Assembly: GCA_014729775.1 (NCBI GenBank)
Contig: WJJJ01000007.1
Coordinates: 94,302 to 158,301, forward strand
Reading direction: 5' to 3'
DNA: 64,000 nt
From: Candidatus Omnitrophota bacterium
Lineage (GTDB): Bacteria; Omnitrophota; Gorgyraeia; Duberdicusellales; 4484-171
Shown here: in pieces, positions 37,245-45,917 of the stretch
How the letters are laid out: the number at the start of each line of letters is the position of its first letter
Numbering within the stretch: the first letter of the stretch is position 1
Made by a program: the position numbers and the translations under genes
The notes under the pieces: model-generated
The model's database searches: none
Told to the model about the DNA's origin: nothing
Seen by the model: only the letters and a program-made list of their open reading frames with translations

Positions 37245-38681
37245 ATGAATATATTTCCTTATTATATTGACGGCGAGGCGCGCCGCAGCGGGCAGGAAAA
37301 AGAAATAAGAAATCCGGCGAGCGGCGAAGTATTCGCACGGTGCTGGCATGCCCGGCCCGAGGATGTTAAAGACGCGGTGATCGCGGGCAGGCGCGCTTCG
37401 GCCGAATGGGGAGAAGCAACATTTCAGGAACGCGCGATTTTACTGCGAGAGATCGCCCGGGTGCTGCGGGAACACGTGCACGAACTGGCAGAGCTTGAAT
37501 CCAGGGAAATCGGGAAACTGCTCAAGGAATCATTGTTTGTCGATATCCCGCTTGCTGCGGAAGTATTTGAATACTATGCGTCTTTCCTGGAGACGCTCGA
37601 ACAAAAAACAATGGAGAGCGCGTTTGGACGTGAAGAAGTGCTTTTTGATCCCTACGGCGTGTGCGGGATTTTCCTGCCGTACAACGTGCCCCTGATGATT
37701 TTCGGGTACAGCGCCGCCGCCGCGCTCGCGGCCGGAAACGCCGTGATTCTCAAACCCTCGGAGTACGGGCAGTTGTCGGTTTTGCGGCTTATGGGATTGA
37801 TCCGGTCCTTCGATATGCCCAGGGGGCTGGTGCAGGTAGTGACCGGCGAAGGGGGCGTGATCGGGGACTGCCTCTCCAGGAGCGAGGTCGATCTTATTTC
37901 GTTTACCGGATCAAGAAAAACCGCGCAAAGGATTATCCGGAATTCGGCCGATGCCCCCAAGAAGATTATGTGTGAATTGGGCGGAGCGAACGTGACCGCG
38001 GTATGGGAAGATGCGAATCAGGACGCGGCGGTGCAAAATTTACTGGCCTCGTCTTTTCTCAAACAAGGACAGATATGTATCGGTACCAGTATTGCTTTGA
38101 TCGAAGAAAAGATCTATGATCGCTTCATAGAGGAGTTCTGCCGACGGATAGATTTGATTCCTCAGGGAGATCCGTTTTTGCCTGAGACCGGATTGGGCCC
38201 TCTTCCGTCTTCCGAATACGCCGCGGCCGTGGACCGCCGTGTTCGGGAATGCCTGCGCCGGCATGGGGGGCGGCTGCTGCGCGGAGGAGTCTGGGAGAAA
38301 GAATCCGGTCTTGTGTATCCTCCCACGGTTATCGAAGTGCCCCATGTGGTCTATGAAGAATTTTTCGCACCGGTGGTATTGGTCAAGAGATGCAGCCGGC
38401 AGGAGATCGAACCCGCGATTCAGGCGAATCCGTCCGGTCTGGTACTGCAGTTGTGGACGGCGGATGCCGGGCGGGCCCGGTGTATCGCCCGCCGGGCGCG
38501 GTACGGAACGGTGTGGATCAACACCTTCGCCCAGATGAATGCCCAGACTCCGTTCGGAGGACAACGGACGAGCGGGTGGGGCCGGAACCTCGGAAAAGCG
38601 GGGTTTTTTGAGTATGTTCAGCTCAAGCACATAGGGTACGGCAGGCAGTCCAGTCCGGTGGAAGGCTGGTTCGGGGTGTAA
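37245..38681 (+). CDS. Aldehyde dehydrogenase
   Basis: NPASGE, PYNVP, KPSE, FTGS, ELGG, GQIC (catalytic Cys), EEFFAP and PFGG..SG.GR. Confidence 0.92.
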   Translation: MNIFPYYIDGEARRSGQEKEIRNPASGEVFARCWHARPEDVKDAVIAGRRASAEWGEATFQERAILLREIARVLREHVHELAELESREIGKLLKESLFVDIPLAAEVFEYYASFLETLEQKTMESAFGREEVLFDPYGVCGIFLPYNVPLMIFGYSAAAALAAGNAVILKPSEYGQLSVLRLMGLIRSFDMPRGLVQVVTGEGGVIGDCLSRSEVDLISFTGSRKTAQRIIRNSADAPKKIMCELGGANVTAVWEDANQDAAVQNLLASSFLKQGQICIGTSIALIEEKIYDRFIEEFCRRIDLIPQGDPFLPETGLGPLPSSEYAAAVDRRVRECLRRHGGRLLRGGVWEKESGLVYPPTVIEVPHVVYEEFFAPVVLVKRCSRQEIEPAIQANPSGLVLQLWTADAGRARCIARRARYGTVWINTFAQMNAQTPFGGQRTSGWGRNLGKAGFFEYVQLKHIGYGRQSSPVEGWFGV

Positions 38682-38714
38682 GGCCGCGCCGGGCGGCCGC
38701 GGGCACAAAAAGGG

Positions 38715-38743
38715 TTGACAGATGAAAAAGAGTGTGCTATTAT
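38715..38743 (+). promoter_or_regulatory. Putative sigma70 promoter of rplU, likely giving a leaderless transcript
   Basis: TTGACA-17 nt-TATTAT with TG extension; ATG 38752 lies 8 nt downstream and has no SD. Confidence 0.7.
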
Positions 38744-38751
38744 CACGCCCT

Positions 38752-39069
38752 ATGTGGGCAGTAGTGGAAATCGGAAAAAAACAGTATATGGTGTCTCCCG
38801 GGGAACAGGTCCAGGTCCAGCGCCTGAAAACCGATGAATCCAATATCGTTTTTGATAAGGTGTTGCTGGTGTCCGACAGCGGTAAGGTTTCCGTCGGCAC
38901 TCCCTATGTCGAAAAGGCAAAAGTAAAAGCCAAAATCCTGGGTGAGGAAAAAGGGAAAAAGGTCCGGGTGTATAAATTCAAACGCCGGAAAAAGTATCGT
39001 AAAACACAGGGACACCGTCAGCGTTATTCCCGCATCGAAATTTCGGATATTTCGACACCCTCCCGTTAA
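38752..39069 (+). CDS. rplU: 50S ribosomal protein L21
   Basis: MWAVVEIGKKQY.V, GTPYV and KFKRRK.YRK.QGHRQ. Confidence 0.96.
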   Translation: MWAVVEIGKKQYMVSPGEQVQVQRLKTDESNIVFDKVLLVSDSGKVSVGTPYVEKAKVKAKILGEEKGKKVRVYKFKRRKKYRKTQGHRQRYSRIEISDISTPSR

Positions 39070-39186
39070 CTTCTTCTTCGTGGATGTGATCCCAAATTCT
39101 TTTCCCGCGGAAATTTATTTTTCGGTCCGGTCTCTTACAAACGCCGGGAAATATGATACAATAAAGGCTTCTTAACGGGGTTTTCA

Positions 39187-40269
39187 ATGAAAAAAATCGT
39201 GGTAAAAGTAGGCAGCAGCGTGATTGCTCCGCAGGGGCGGTTGGACACTGCGCTTGTCGGTAGGCTCCTCGTCGATATTCACGAAGCCGAACGGCAGGGT
39301 TTCCGGATGATCCTGGTGAGTTCGGGAGCGATCGCCTGCGGGATGCACGCGCTGGGATATCGGGAGAAACCGCGGGATACTGCCTCATTAATGGCGATTT
39401 CTTCCTGCGGGCAAATCGCGTTAATGGATGTATTCAATGCGAAGTGTAAGCGCCTCAAGCGTTCCTGCGCGCAGCTTTTGCTCACTTGGGAAGATTTCGA
39501 TCATCGTGCGCGGTTTAAGAACGTGCGCAAGACGATCGAAAAACTGCTCTCTTTCGGAGTGCTCCCGGTGATCAATGAGAACGACGTGGTGTCGTTTGAA
39601 GAGATCCGGTTTGGGGATAACGACCGCTTATCGGCGCTGGTGGCGGATTTAATAACCGCGCAAAAGCTTATTATCCTTTCCGACGTGCACGGTCTATACG
39701 ACGGAGAAACGTTAGTGAAGGAAGTCGTGAAAATGGAGTCAAAGATTCCGGCAATGGTGCGCCGGTCCCGATCGGGGCATACCAGCGGTGGAATGCAGAC
39801 CAAATTACAGGCGGCGGCGATCGCAATGTCGTCGGGGATCCCCACCCATATCGCATACGGCAGGGAAAAGAACGTCATTTCCCGCATCGTCGGCGGAGAG
39901 CATATCGGCACGCTGTTCGCTCCGCTGGAGAAGATCGGCAAGGCGCGTAAGCGCTGGATTGCCTTCGGAAAAAAGCCGAAAGGGAAACTGTATGTGGACG
40001 AGGGAGCGGCGGAGGCGGTGTTGCACAAAGGGAAAAGTCTTCTGGCGGTGGGTATCCGCCGCGTCGAGGGGCGGTTTGCGCGCGGGGATGCGGTGCATGT
40101 GCTGGACGAACAGGGAACGCTTCTCGGGTACGGAATCGTAAACTACGACGCCGCGGTCTTGCGGGAAAACGGGGATCAGCGGCTGGAAAAAGCCGTAATT
40201 CACAGAGACGATTTTGTCCGCGCCTGGGAAGAGGGATGGTATTGCAATCCCTGTATTGTCAGGAAATAA
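39187..40269 (+). CDS. proB: Glutamate 5-kinase with PUA domain
   Basis: VVKVGSS, VSSGA, INEND, FGDNDRLSA, GGMQTK and KSLL.VG. Confidence 0.96.
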   Translation: MKKIVVKVGSSVIAPQGRLDTALVGRLLVDIHEAERQGFRMILVSSGAIACGMHALGYREKPRDTASLMAISSCGQIALMDVFNAKCKRLKRSCAQLLLTWEDFDHRARFKNVRKTIEKLLSFGVLPVINENDVVSFEEIRFGDNDRLSALVADLITAQKLIILSDVHGLYDGETLVKEVVKMESKIPAMVRRSRSGHTSGGMQTKLQAAAIAMSSGIPTHIAYGREKNVISRIVGGEHIGTLFAPLEKIGKARKRWIAFGKKPKGKLYVDEGAAEAVLHKGKSLLAVGIRRVEGRFARGDAVHVLDEQGTLLGYGIVNYDAAVLRENGDQRLEKAVIHRDDFVRAWEEGWYCNPCIVRK

Positions 40270-40279
40270 GGAGTGGAAG

Positions 40280-41530
40280 ATGAGCCGTTACGTAAATAAA
40301 CTGGTACGCGAAGCGAAAGAGGCCAGTTATCAGCTTGCGCAGCTGAGTACCGCCGAAAAAAACCGGGCGTTGCGCGCAATGGCCGGGGCCGTGCGCCGGT
40401 CGAAAAAATTTATCATTGAGGAGAACCGGAAGGATCTTCGCGCGGCCCAAAAGAACGGTCTCGCGAAAAGCATGATTGACCGCCTCGCGCTTACCGAAAA
40501 ACGCGTTGCCGCGATCGCCCAGTCGCTGAAAGAGGTTGCTTCACTTCCAGACCCTCTCGGGAAGACCATTGCCGCCTGGCGCCGTCCGAACGGACTCCGG
40601 CTGAAAAAGGTCCGCGTTCCGCTGGGCGTAGTGCTGATTATATACGAAGCCCGGCCGAACGTGACGAGCGACTGTGTGGGATTATTGTTTAAAACCGGAA
40701 ATGTAGGGATACTCCGGGGAGGAAGAAATGCCCTGCGATCGAACCAGGCGCTGGGCCGGGTGCTCTCCGAGGCGCTGGCCTCAAGCGGAATTCCTTTTCC
40801 CGCTTTTTTTGTGGTGGAAAAGCCCCAGCGTACCTACGTGGATGAGCTCCTCCGGCAAGAGGGAAGCATTGATTTGGTAATTCCCCGCGGAGGAGAGTCA
40901 TTAATTCGTACCGTGGTGGAGAAATCCCGCGTACCGGTGATCAAGCATTATAAAGGCATTTGTCATCTTTTTATCGACGAAAGCGCCGATATCAAACAGG
41001 CGTTATCGATATGCGTCAACGCCAAGGTCCAGCGACCCTCGGTGTGCAACGCCGTCGAGACGATTTTAGTCCATAAGGAGATCGCGAAAGAATTTCTCCC
41101 CCGGCTAAAAAAAGAATTTTCTCCCTTACAGGTACAGATGCGCGGTGATCCTGCCGTCTGCAGAATGCTGCCCGGAACAAGAAAAGCGACGGAAAAAGAC
41201 TGGCGTACTGAGTATTTGGATTTGATTGTTTCTCTCCGGGTGGTAAAGAATGTGGAAGAGGCGATCGCCCACATTAATCGATACGGGTCGCATCATACCG
41301 ACAGCATTCTTACCCGGAACAGAAGCAACGCGAAACGGTTCGTTCGGGAGATCGATTCGGCCTGTTGCTTTGTGAACGCCTCGACCAGGTTTAGTGACGG
41401 ATTTCAGTTTGGGCTCGGCGCAGAAATCGGTATTTCGACCGATAAGCTTCATGCCCGGGGACCGATGGGGCTGGAGGAACTCACGACGTACAAATATATT
41501 GTGGAAGGACAGGGGCAGGTGAGGGCGTAG
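40280..41530 (+). CDS. proA: Gamma-glutamyl phosphate reductase
   Basis: PLGV..IIYEARPNVT, IPRGG, CNAVE, NASTRF.DG and ISTDKLHARGPMG; start ATG 40280. Confidence 0.97.
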   Translation: MSRYVNKLVREAKEASYQLAQLSTAEKNRALRAMAGAVRRSKKFIIEENRKDLRAAQKNGLAKSMIDRLALTEKRVAAIAQSLKEVASLPDPLGKTIAAWRRPNGLRLKKVRVPLGVVLIIYEARPNVTSDCVGLLFKTGNVGILRGGRNALRSNQALGRVLSEALASSGIPFPAFFVVEKPQRTYVDELLRQEGSIDLVIPRGGESLIRTVVEKSRVPVIKHYKGICHLFIDESADIKQALSICVNAKVQRPSVCNAVETILVHKEIAKEFLPRLKKEFSPLQVQMRGDPAVCRMLPGTRKATEKDWRTEYLDLIVSLRVVKNVEEAIAHINRYGSHHTDSILTRNRSNAKRFVREIDSACCFVNASTRFSDGFQFGLGAEIGISTDKLHARGPMGLEELTTYKYIVEGQGQVRA

Positions 41531-41536
41531 ATCGTT

Positions 41537-41600
41537 AATTCTCGATCCTTGATACTCGCTCCTTGATGTGCGAGAGGGGAGGATCGAAGATCGGCGTATC
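41537..41600 (+). repeat. Second, degenerate heptamer-periodic palindromic element
   Basis: aattctc gatcctt gatactc gctcctt ... gaggatc gaagatc; TCGATCCTT (41542-50) pairs with GAGGATCGA (41579-87). Confidence 0.55.
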
Positions 41601-41619
41601 AGCCGTGGGAAAAAAAGAA

Positions 41620-42186
41620 ATGAAAACCGGGATTCTAGGAGGAACGTTTAACCCGCCGCATATCGGACATTTTGTGCTGGCGTCGGAAGTGAAATACCGG
41701 CTGGAGCTGGACCGGGTGATTTTTATGCCGGCACATGTTTCTCCGCTCAAGGGGGAAGAAGAAACCGCGGACCCCGGGCACCGGTTTCGAATGCTGGAAG
41801 AAGCGCTTCCCGGTGAAGGATACGAAGTGTCGGATCTGGAGATCTCGCGGGGCGGCATTTCCTATACCATTGATACGGTAAAAGAGCTCCAGCGGCGCCG
41901 GCTTGATGAGGAAATGTATCTGATCATCGGAGCGGATCAGGCTGCGGCATTTGATTCATGGAAAGCGCACCGGGAATTGACCGAGCGGACGACGGTGGTG
42001 GTGGCGAAACGAAAGACGTTTCCCCTGCCCGATGACAGCCGTTTCCGGATAGTCGAAATCCCCCAGCTGGAAGTGTCCTCTTCGGAAATACGGCGGAGGG
42101 TAAAGCGGGGGGAGCCTGTCCGGTATTTGGTGCCGGAAACGGTCCGCCGCTATATGATGCGGCACCGGCTTTATATGCACACCTAA
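41620..42186 (+). CDS. nadD: Nicotinate-nucleotide adenylyltransferase
   Basis: GILGGTFNPPHIGH, SYTIDT, IIGAD, W and VSSSEIR; start ATG 41620. Confidence 0.95.
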   Translation: MKTGILGGTFNPPHIGHFVLASEVKYRLELDRVIFMPAHVSPLKGEEETADPGHRFRMLEEALPGEGYEVSDLEISRGGISYTIDTVKELQRRRLDEEMYLIIGADQAAAFDSWKAHRELTERTTVVVAKRKTFPLPDDSRFRIVEIPQLEVSSSEIRRRVKRGEPVRYLVPETVRRYMMRHRLYMHT

Positions 42187-42215
42187 AAAGCGAGCGCCAA
42201 ACGAAAGGAGCGAAT

Positions 42216-43607
42216 ATGATCAAATTCGGAACGGATGGATGGCGGGCGGTAATCGCGGAAGATTTTACTTTTGAGAATCTGCGTGTCGTGAGCCAGGCGA
42301 TCGCCGATTATGCGAAAAAAAATAAAAAGGGAGGAAAGCGCATTGTGGTCGGCTACGATTGCCGGTTCTTGTCCCGGGAGTTCGCGCAAACCTGCTGTGA
42401 AGTGTTTGCCGGAAACGGAATGAAAACCGTCTTGTCCGACCAGGCCATTCCCACTCCCACGGTAAGTTTTCATTGTCTTCATCGCAAATACGACTTGGGG
42501 ATCATGATGACCGCTTCGCACAATCCCGCGCACTTCAACGGGTTAAAAATCAAAACGCGCGACGGAGGCGCGGCGGACAATACGGTGACCAGCGCGGTCG
42601 AAAAACTTCTCGGACAGCGCAAGCCGAAGACGCTCTCACTGGATAAAGCGAAAAAGAAGGCGTTGTTCCGCACCGCTGATCTCACGCGGGATTACGTGTC
42701 TTTTTTACGCGGATTCGTCGACGTAAAAAAAATAAGAAAACTGAAAGCCAGAGTGCTGGTGGATACCATGTACGGTGCCGGCGATACGTTCGTCGAAAAA
42801 ATTCTGGGAAAAACATCACTGGAAATAAACTATCTTCATAATGAGTACAATCCTTCGTTCGGCGGGATGCACCCGGAGCCGGTGCCGGTAAATCTGCAGG
42901 CGTTGATCAAAGGCGTTCGCAAGGGAGGGTACGATCTCGGTGTTGCGCTTGACGGCGACGCGGACCGGATCGCGATCATCGACAGCAAAGGGAATTTTAT
43001 CAGCGCCCAGACCTTACTGCCTTTGCTGGCCGTGCACATGGTGAAAAACAGGCATGCATCCGGGGGGATCGGCAAAACCGTGGTAGGAAGCAATTTAATT
43101 GATCAAGTTGCGTCGATGCTGAACGTCGCCTGTTACGAAACCCCGGTTGGATTTAAGTATATTTCGAATTTGTTCAAGGAGAAAGTGATTTGTATCGGCG
43201 GAGAGGAAGCCGGCGGGATCGGCGTGAAAGGGTACGTGCCCGAACGCGACGGGTCCGCCTCGTTTCTCTTACTGCTGGAAATGCTCGCCGTGGAAAAGAA
43301 AAGTTTTCAGGAGCTTCTCACGCTTCTGTACCGCCAATGCGGGCGGTGGTACTACCGGCGCGAATCCATTCCCGTGGCCAGCGTGAAGAAGAGCCTGGAA
43401 CAGATGAAACTGCCCGCCGAAATTCTGGGGAAGGAAATTCTGCGGGTGAATACGCTCGACGGGGTAAAGTTAATTACCAAAAATTCATGGTTGATGTTCC
43501 GTAAATCGGGGACCGAACCGATTGTCCGGGTGTACGCGGAAGCGAAAACCAACAAGGAAGTCGGTCAGCTGCTGAAGCTGGGTAAGAAGATGATCTATGC
43601 TTTATAA
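42216..43607 (+). CDS. Phosphoglucomutase/phosphomannomutase family protein
   Basis: FGTDGWR, TASHNP, DGDADR, GGEEAGG and R.SGTEP. Confidence 0.93.
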   Translation: MIKFGTDGWRAVIAEDFTFENLRVVSQAIADYAKKNKKGGKRIVVGYDCRFLSREFAQTCCEVFAGNGMKTVLSDQAIPTPTVSFHCLHRKYDLGIMMTASHNPAHFNGLKIKTRDGGAADNTVTSAVEKLLGQRKPKTLSLDKAKKKALFRTADLTRDYVSFLRGFVDVKKIRKLKARVLVDTMYGAGDTFVEKILGKTSLEINYLHNEYNPSFGGMHPEPVPVNLQALIKGVRKGGYDLGVALDGDADRIAIIDSKGNFISAQTLLPLLAVHMVKNRHASGGIGKTVVGSNLIDQVASMLNVACYETPVGFKYISNLFKEKVICIGGEEAGGIGVKGYVPERDGSASFLLLLEMLAVEKKSFQELLTLLYRQCGRWYYRRESIPVASVKKSLEQMKLPAEILGKEILRVNTLDGVKLITKNSWLMFRKSGTEPIVRVYAEAKTNKEVGQLLKLGKKMIYAL

Positions 43608-44190
43608 ATTTTCCACGCTGCTGGCCCGCGCCATTTTGATACTCGGCTTTGATCTCAAAATTCGGGGGAGAGAATCAATTCCCCCGGCCGGTCCTTTTTT
43701 GCTGGTCGCTAATCACGAGAGTAATTTTGATCCCCCGGTGCTCGCCGCCGCGTGTCCCCGCGAAATATATTTTTTGGCCAAAGAAGAATTGTTTACGGTT
43801 CATCCGTTATTGGGGATCTATCTGAGGAAAGTGAACGCGCTGCCTCTCAGGCGCGGCCGGACCGACATTTCCAGCGTGCGCAGTGCCGTCAAAGTCCTGA
43901 AGAACGATCCCTTGCTGGTGTTCCCTCAAGGACGGCGGGGAGTGAGTCTGGCCGAGGTCAAGCCCGGGGTTGGGTTCCTGCACCGGAAAACGAGAGTGCC
44001 GGTCGTTGCCGCCGCGGTGAAAGGCACGGGGCAGGTGCTGCCCAGAGGAGCGAAGATGGTGCGCCGCGGGAAAATCTCCGTACGGTTTTCTCCGGTAGGG
44101 GCGCTTCACCCCGGGGATTCGGCTGAGGAAGCCGCCGGAAAGATCATGAGTCGAATTATCGCTCTGCTGGACGCTCCCGAAAGTGTGTGA
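43597..44190 (+). CDS. plsC: 1-acyl-sn-glycerol-3-phosphate acyltransferase
   Basis: NHESNFD (HxxxxD), LAKEELF and VFPQG.R. Confidence 0.82.
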   Translation: MLYKFSTLLARAILILGFDLKIRGRESIPPAGPFLLVANHESNFDPPVLAAACPREIYFLAKEELFTVHPLLGIYLRKVNALPLRRGRTDISSVRSAVKVLKNDPLLVFPQGRRGVSLAEVKPGVGFLHRKTRVPVVAAAVKGTGQVLPRGAKMVRRGKISVRFSPVGALHPGDSAEEAAGKIMSRIIALLDAPESV

Positions 44191-44207
44191 TTTCTTCTGT
44201 TTTTATG

Positions 44208-44236
44208 TTGACAAGGCTGTCTATTTAGGAGATAAT
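44208..44236 (+). promoter_or_regulatory. Putative sigma70 promoter of rpsA
   Basis: TTGACA-17 nt-GATAAT; SD AAGGAGG at 44253-44259. Confidence 0.65.
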
Positions 44237-44269
44237 CTAAAAAATTTTTACTAAGGAGGAATTTCTTTT

Positions 44270-45820
44270 ATGGAAATGGTATCGAGTGAACTGCAAAACG
44301 CATATTTTGAGACGATCAAAGAACTTCGGGAGGGCGAAATCGTCACCGGCAAGCTTGTCGGCAGCACTCCCAAAGAAGTAATCGTTGATGTCGGGTATAA
44401 ATCCGAAGGGATTATTCCCCGGGAAGAATTTGAAGACGTGAATTTAGACGATCTGGATGAATTTGACGTGTTCGTGGAAAACGTCGAAGACGAGGAAGGC
44501 AAGATCATTCTTTCGTTTAAACGGGCGAAAGAGGTCAAGGGATGGCAGACGCTTATCCAGGAGCATTCCGAAGGAGACATCGTTGAAGGGGCGATTTCCC
44601 GCAGAGTAAAGGGAGGATACATGGTCGCGGTATTTGGGGTCGAAGGATTTCTGCCGAAGAGCCTTTCCGCTCTGCGTCACGTAAAAGAGAATGTGATCGG
44701 GAAAAAGTTTCATTTCCAGATCGTGAAAATGAGCAAAGCGAAAGGGAATTTCATTCTTTCCCGCAGGGACGCGATCCGTGTGGAGCGGGAAATCATGCGG
44801 AAAAAGATATGGGAAGAGATCGAAGTAGACAAAGTTCTCGAAGGTCGGGTGAAAAGCATTACCAATTTCGGCGCGTTTATTGATCTCGGCGGCGTGGACG
44901 GCCTGCTTCACATCGGAGATATGAGCTGGAAAAAGATCACCCATCCTTCTGAAGTGGTGGCAGTGGGAGATCAGATCCAGGTGCTGGTATTGGGTTTTGA
45001 CCGGGAGAAAGGCAAGATATCACTTGGGTTGAAACAAATGACGCCCGATCCCTGGAAGGAAATAGACAAGAAATTCCCCGTCGGTACCGTGGTGAAAGGA
45101 CGCATTACCAATATTCAGAATTACGGTATTTTCGTGGAACTTGAAAAGGGAATCGAGGGACTGGTTCACATAAGTGAAATATCGTGGACGAAAAGATTCG
45201 TGAATCTCCAGGAAATGTTCGCCATCGGCGACGCCGTGGAAGCAAAAGTGATCGGTGTCGAGCCGGAAGAGAAAAAAATATCGCTGAGCGTCAAGCAGAC
45301 CGAAAAGGATCCGTGGGAGGAAGTGGAGAATTTAGTTTCCATTGATTCCGTGGTGAAAGGCGTGATCCTCGGATACGGCGACGGATGCGCTTACGTGGAG
45401 GTTGAGAACGGACTGGAAGGAGTGATCTACAACGAGGATATTTCCTGGACGAAACGCATCACCAAAACCCAGGACGTGCTCAAGCGCGGATCCTCGCATA
45501 AAATGAAAGTGCTGGGCATCGACCGCGATCAGCGTAAAGTGCTGCTCGGGATCAAACAGCTCAGCGAGGATCCCTGGCCGCAAATTCTGCAGGAATATCC
45601 CGTGGGAACCGTAGTTGAGGGAGAGGTCGTGAAGATTACCAATTTCGGTGTGTTTGTGAAGATATCCGAAGAACTCGAAGGATTGGTGTTTTCCGGAGAA
45701 ATTGATTCGGAACGGATGGAATCCCTCAACCCGCGGGATAAACTCATGGTGAAGATCATCAGGATCGACCCCGGCTCCGCAAAAATAGGTCTCTCGGCTC
45801 GTACCGAAGAGACTGAATAA
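44270..45820 (+). CDS. rpsA: 30S ribosomal protein S1
   Basis: Tandem S1 repeats: DVGYKSEG, FGAFIDLGGVDGLLHI, GLVHISEISW and FGVFV. Confidence 0.95.
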   Translation: MEMVSSELQNAYFETIKELREGEIVTGKLVGSTPKEVIVDVGYKSEGIIPREEFEDVNLDDLDEFDVFVENVEDEEGKIILSFKRAKEVKGWQTLIQEHSEGDIVEGAISRRVKGGYMVAVFGVEGFLPKSLSALRHVKENVIGKKFHFQIVKMSKAKGNFILSRRDAIRVEREIMRKKIWEEIEVDKVLEGRVKSITNFGAFIDLGGVDGLLHIGDMSWKKITHPSEVVAVGDQIQVLVLGFDREKGKISLGLKQMTPDPWKEIDKKFPVGTVVKGRITNIQNYGIFVELEKGIEGLVHISEISWTKRFVNLQEMFAIGDAVEAKVIGVEPEEKKISLSVKQTEKDPWEEVENLVSIDSVVKGVILGYGDGCAYVEVENGLEGVIYNEDISWTKRITKTQDVLKRGSSHKMKVLGIDRDQRKVLLGIKQLSEDPWPQILQEYPVGTVVEGEVVKITNFGVFVKISEELEGLVFSGEIDSERMESLNPRDKLMVKIIRIDPGSAKIGLSARTEETE

Positions 45821-45917
45821 CCCCAACATACCGCAAATCGTCCGGATTTCCCGGGAGCTGTGAGCGAATGCCGGGGAAATGCCGAAAGAGGATTCCTGAT
45901 CCGGCCGCGGAGAAACG

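Larger units (their letters stand above)
20958..38681 (+). other. Type II aromatic polyketide biosynthetic gene cluster (20 co-oriented genes)
   Basis: KS-alpha/CLF/ACP triad, cyclases, SDR, CoA ligase, MFS and tailoring genes, mostly with overlapping or very short intergenic junctions. Confidence 0.9.

Noticed and set aside
20370-38720. PKS cluster as a tRNA-Met-integrated genomic island
   Set aside because: No integrase or transposase, no repeat of the tRNA 3' end at the right border, and no obvious compositional shift by eye
45821-45917. T-box leader for tyrS
   Set aside because: Too short and lacks the T-box consensus; only a generic hairpin (ATTTCCCGG/CCGGGGAAAT)
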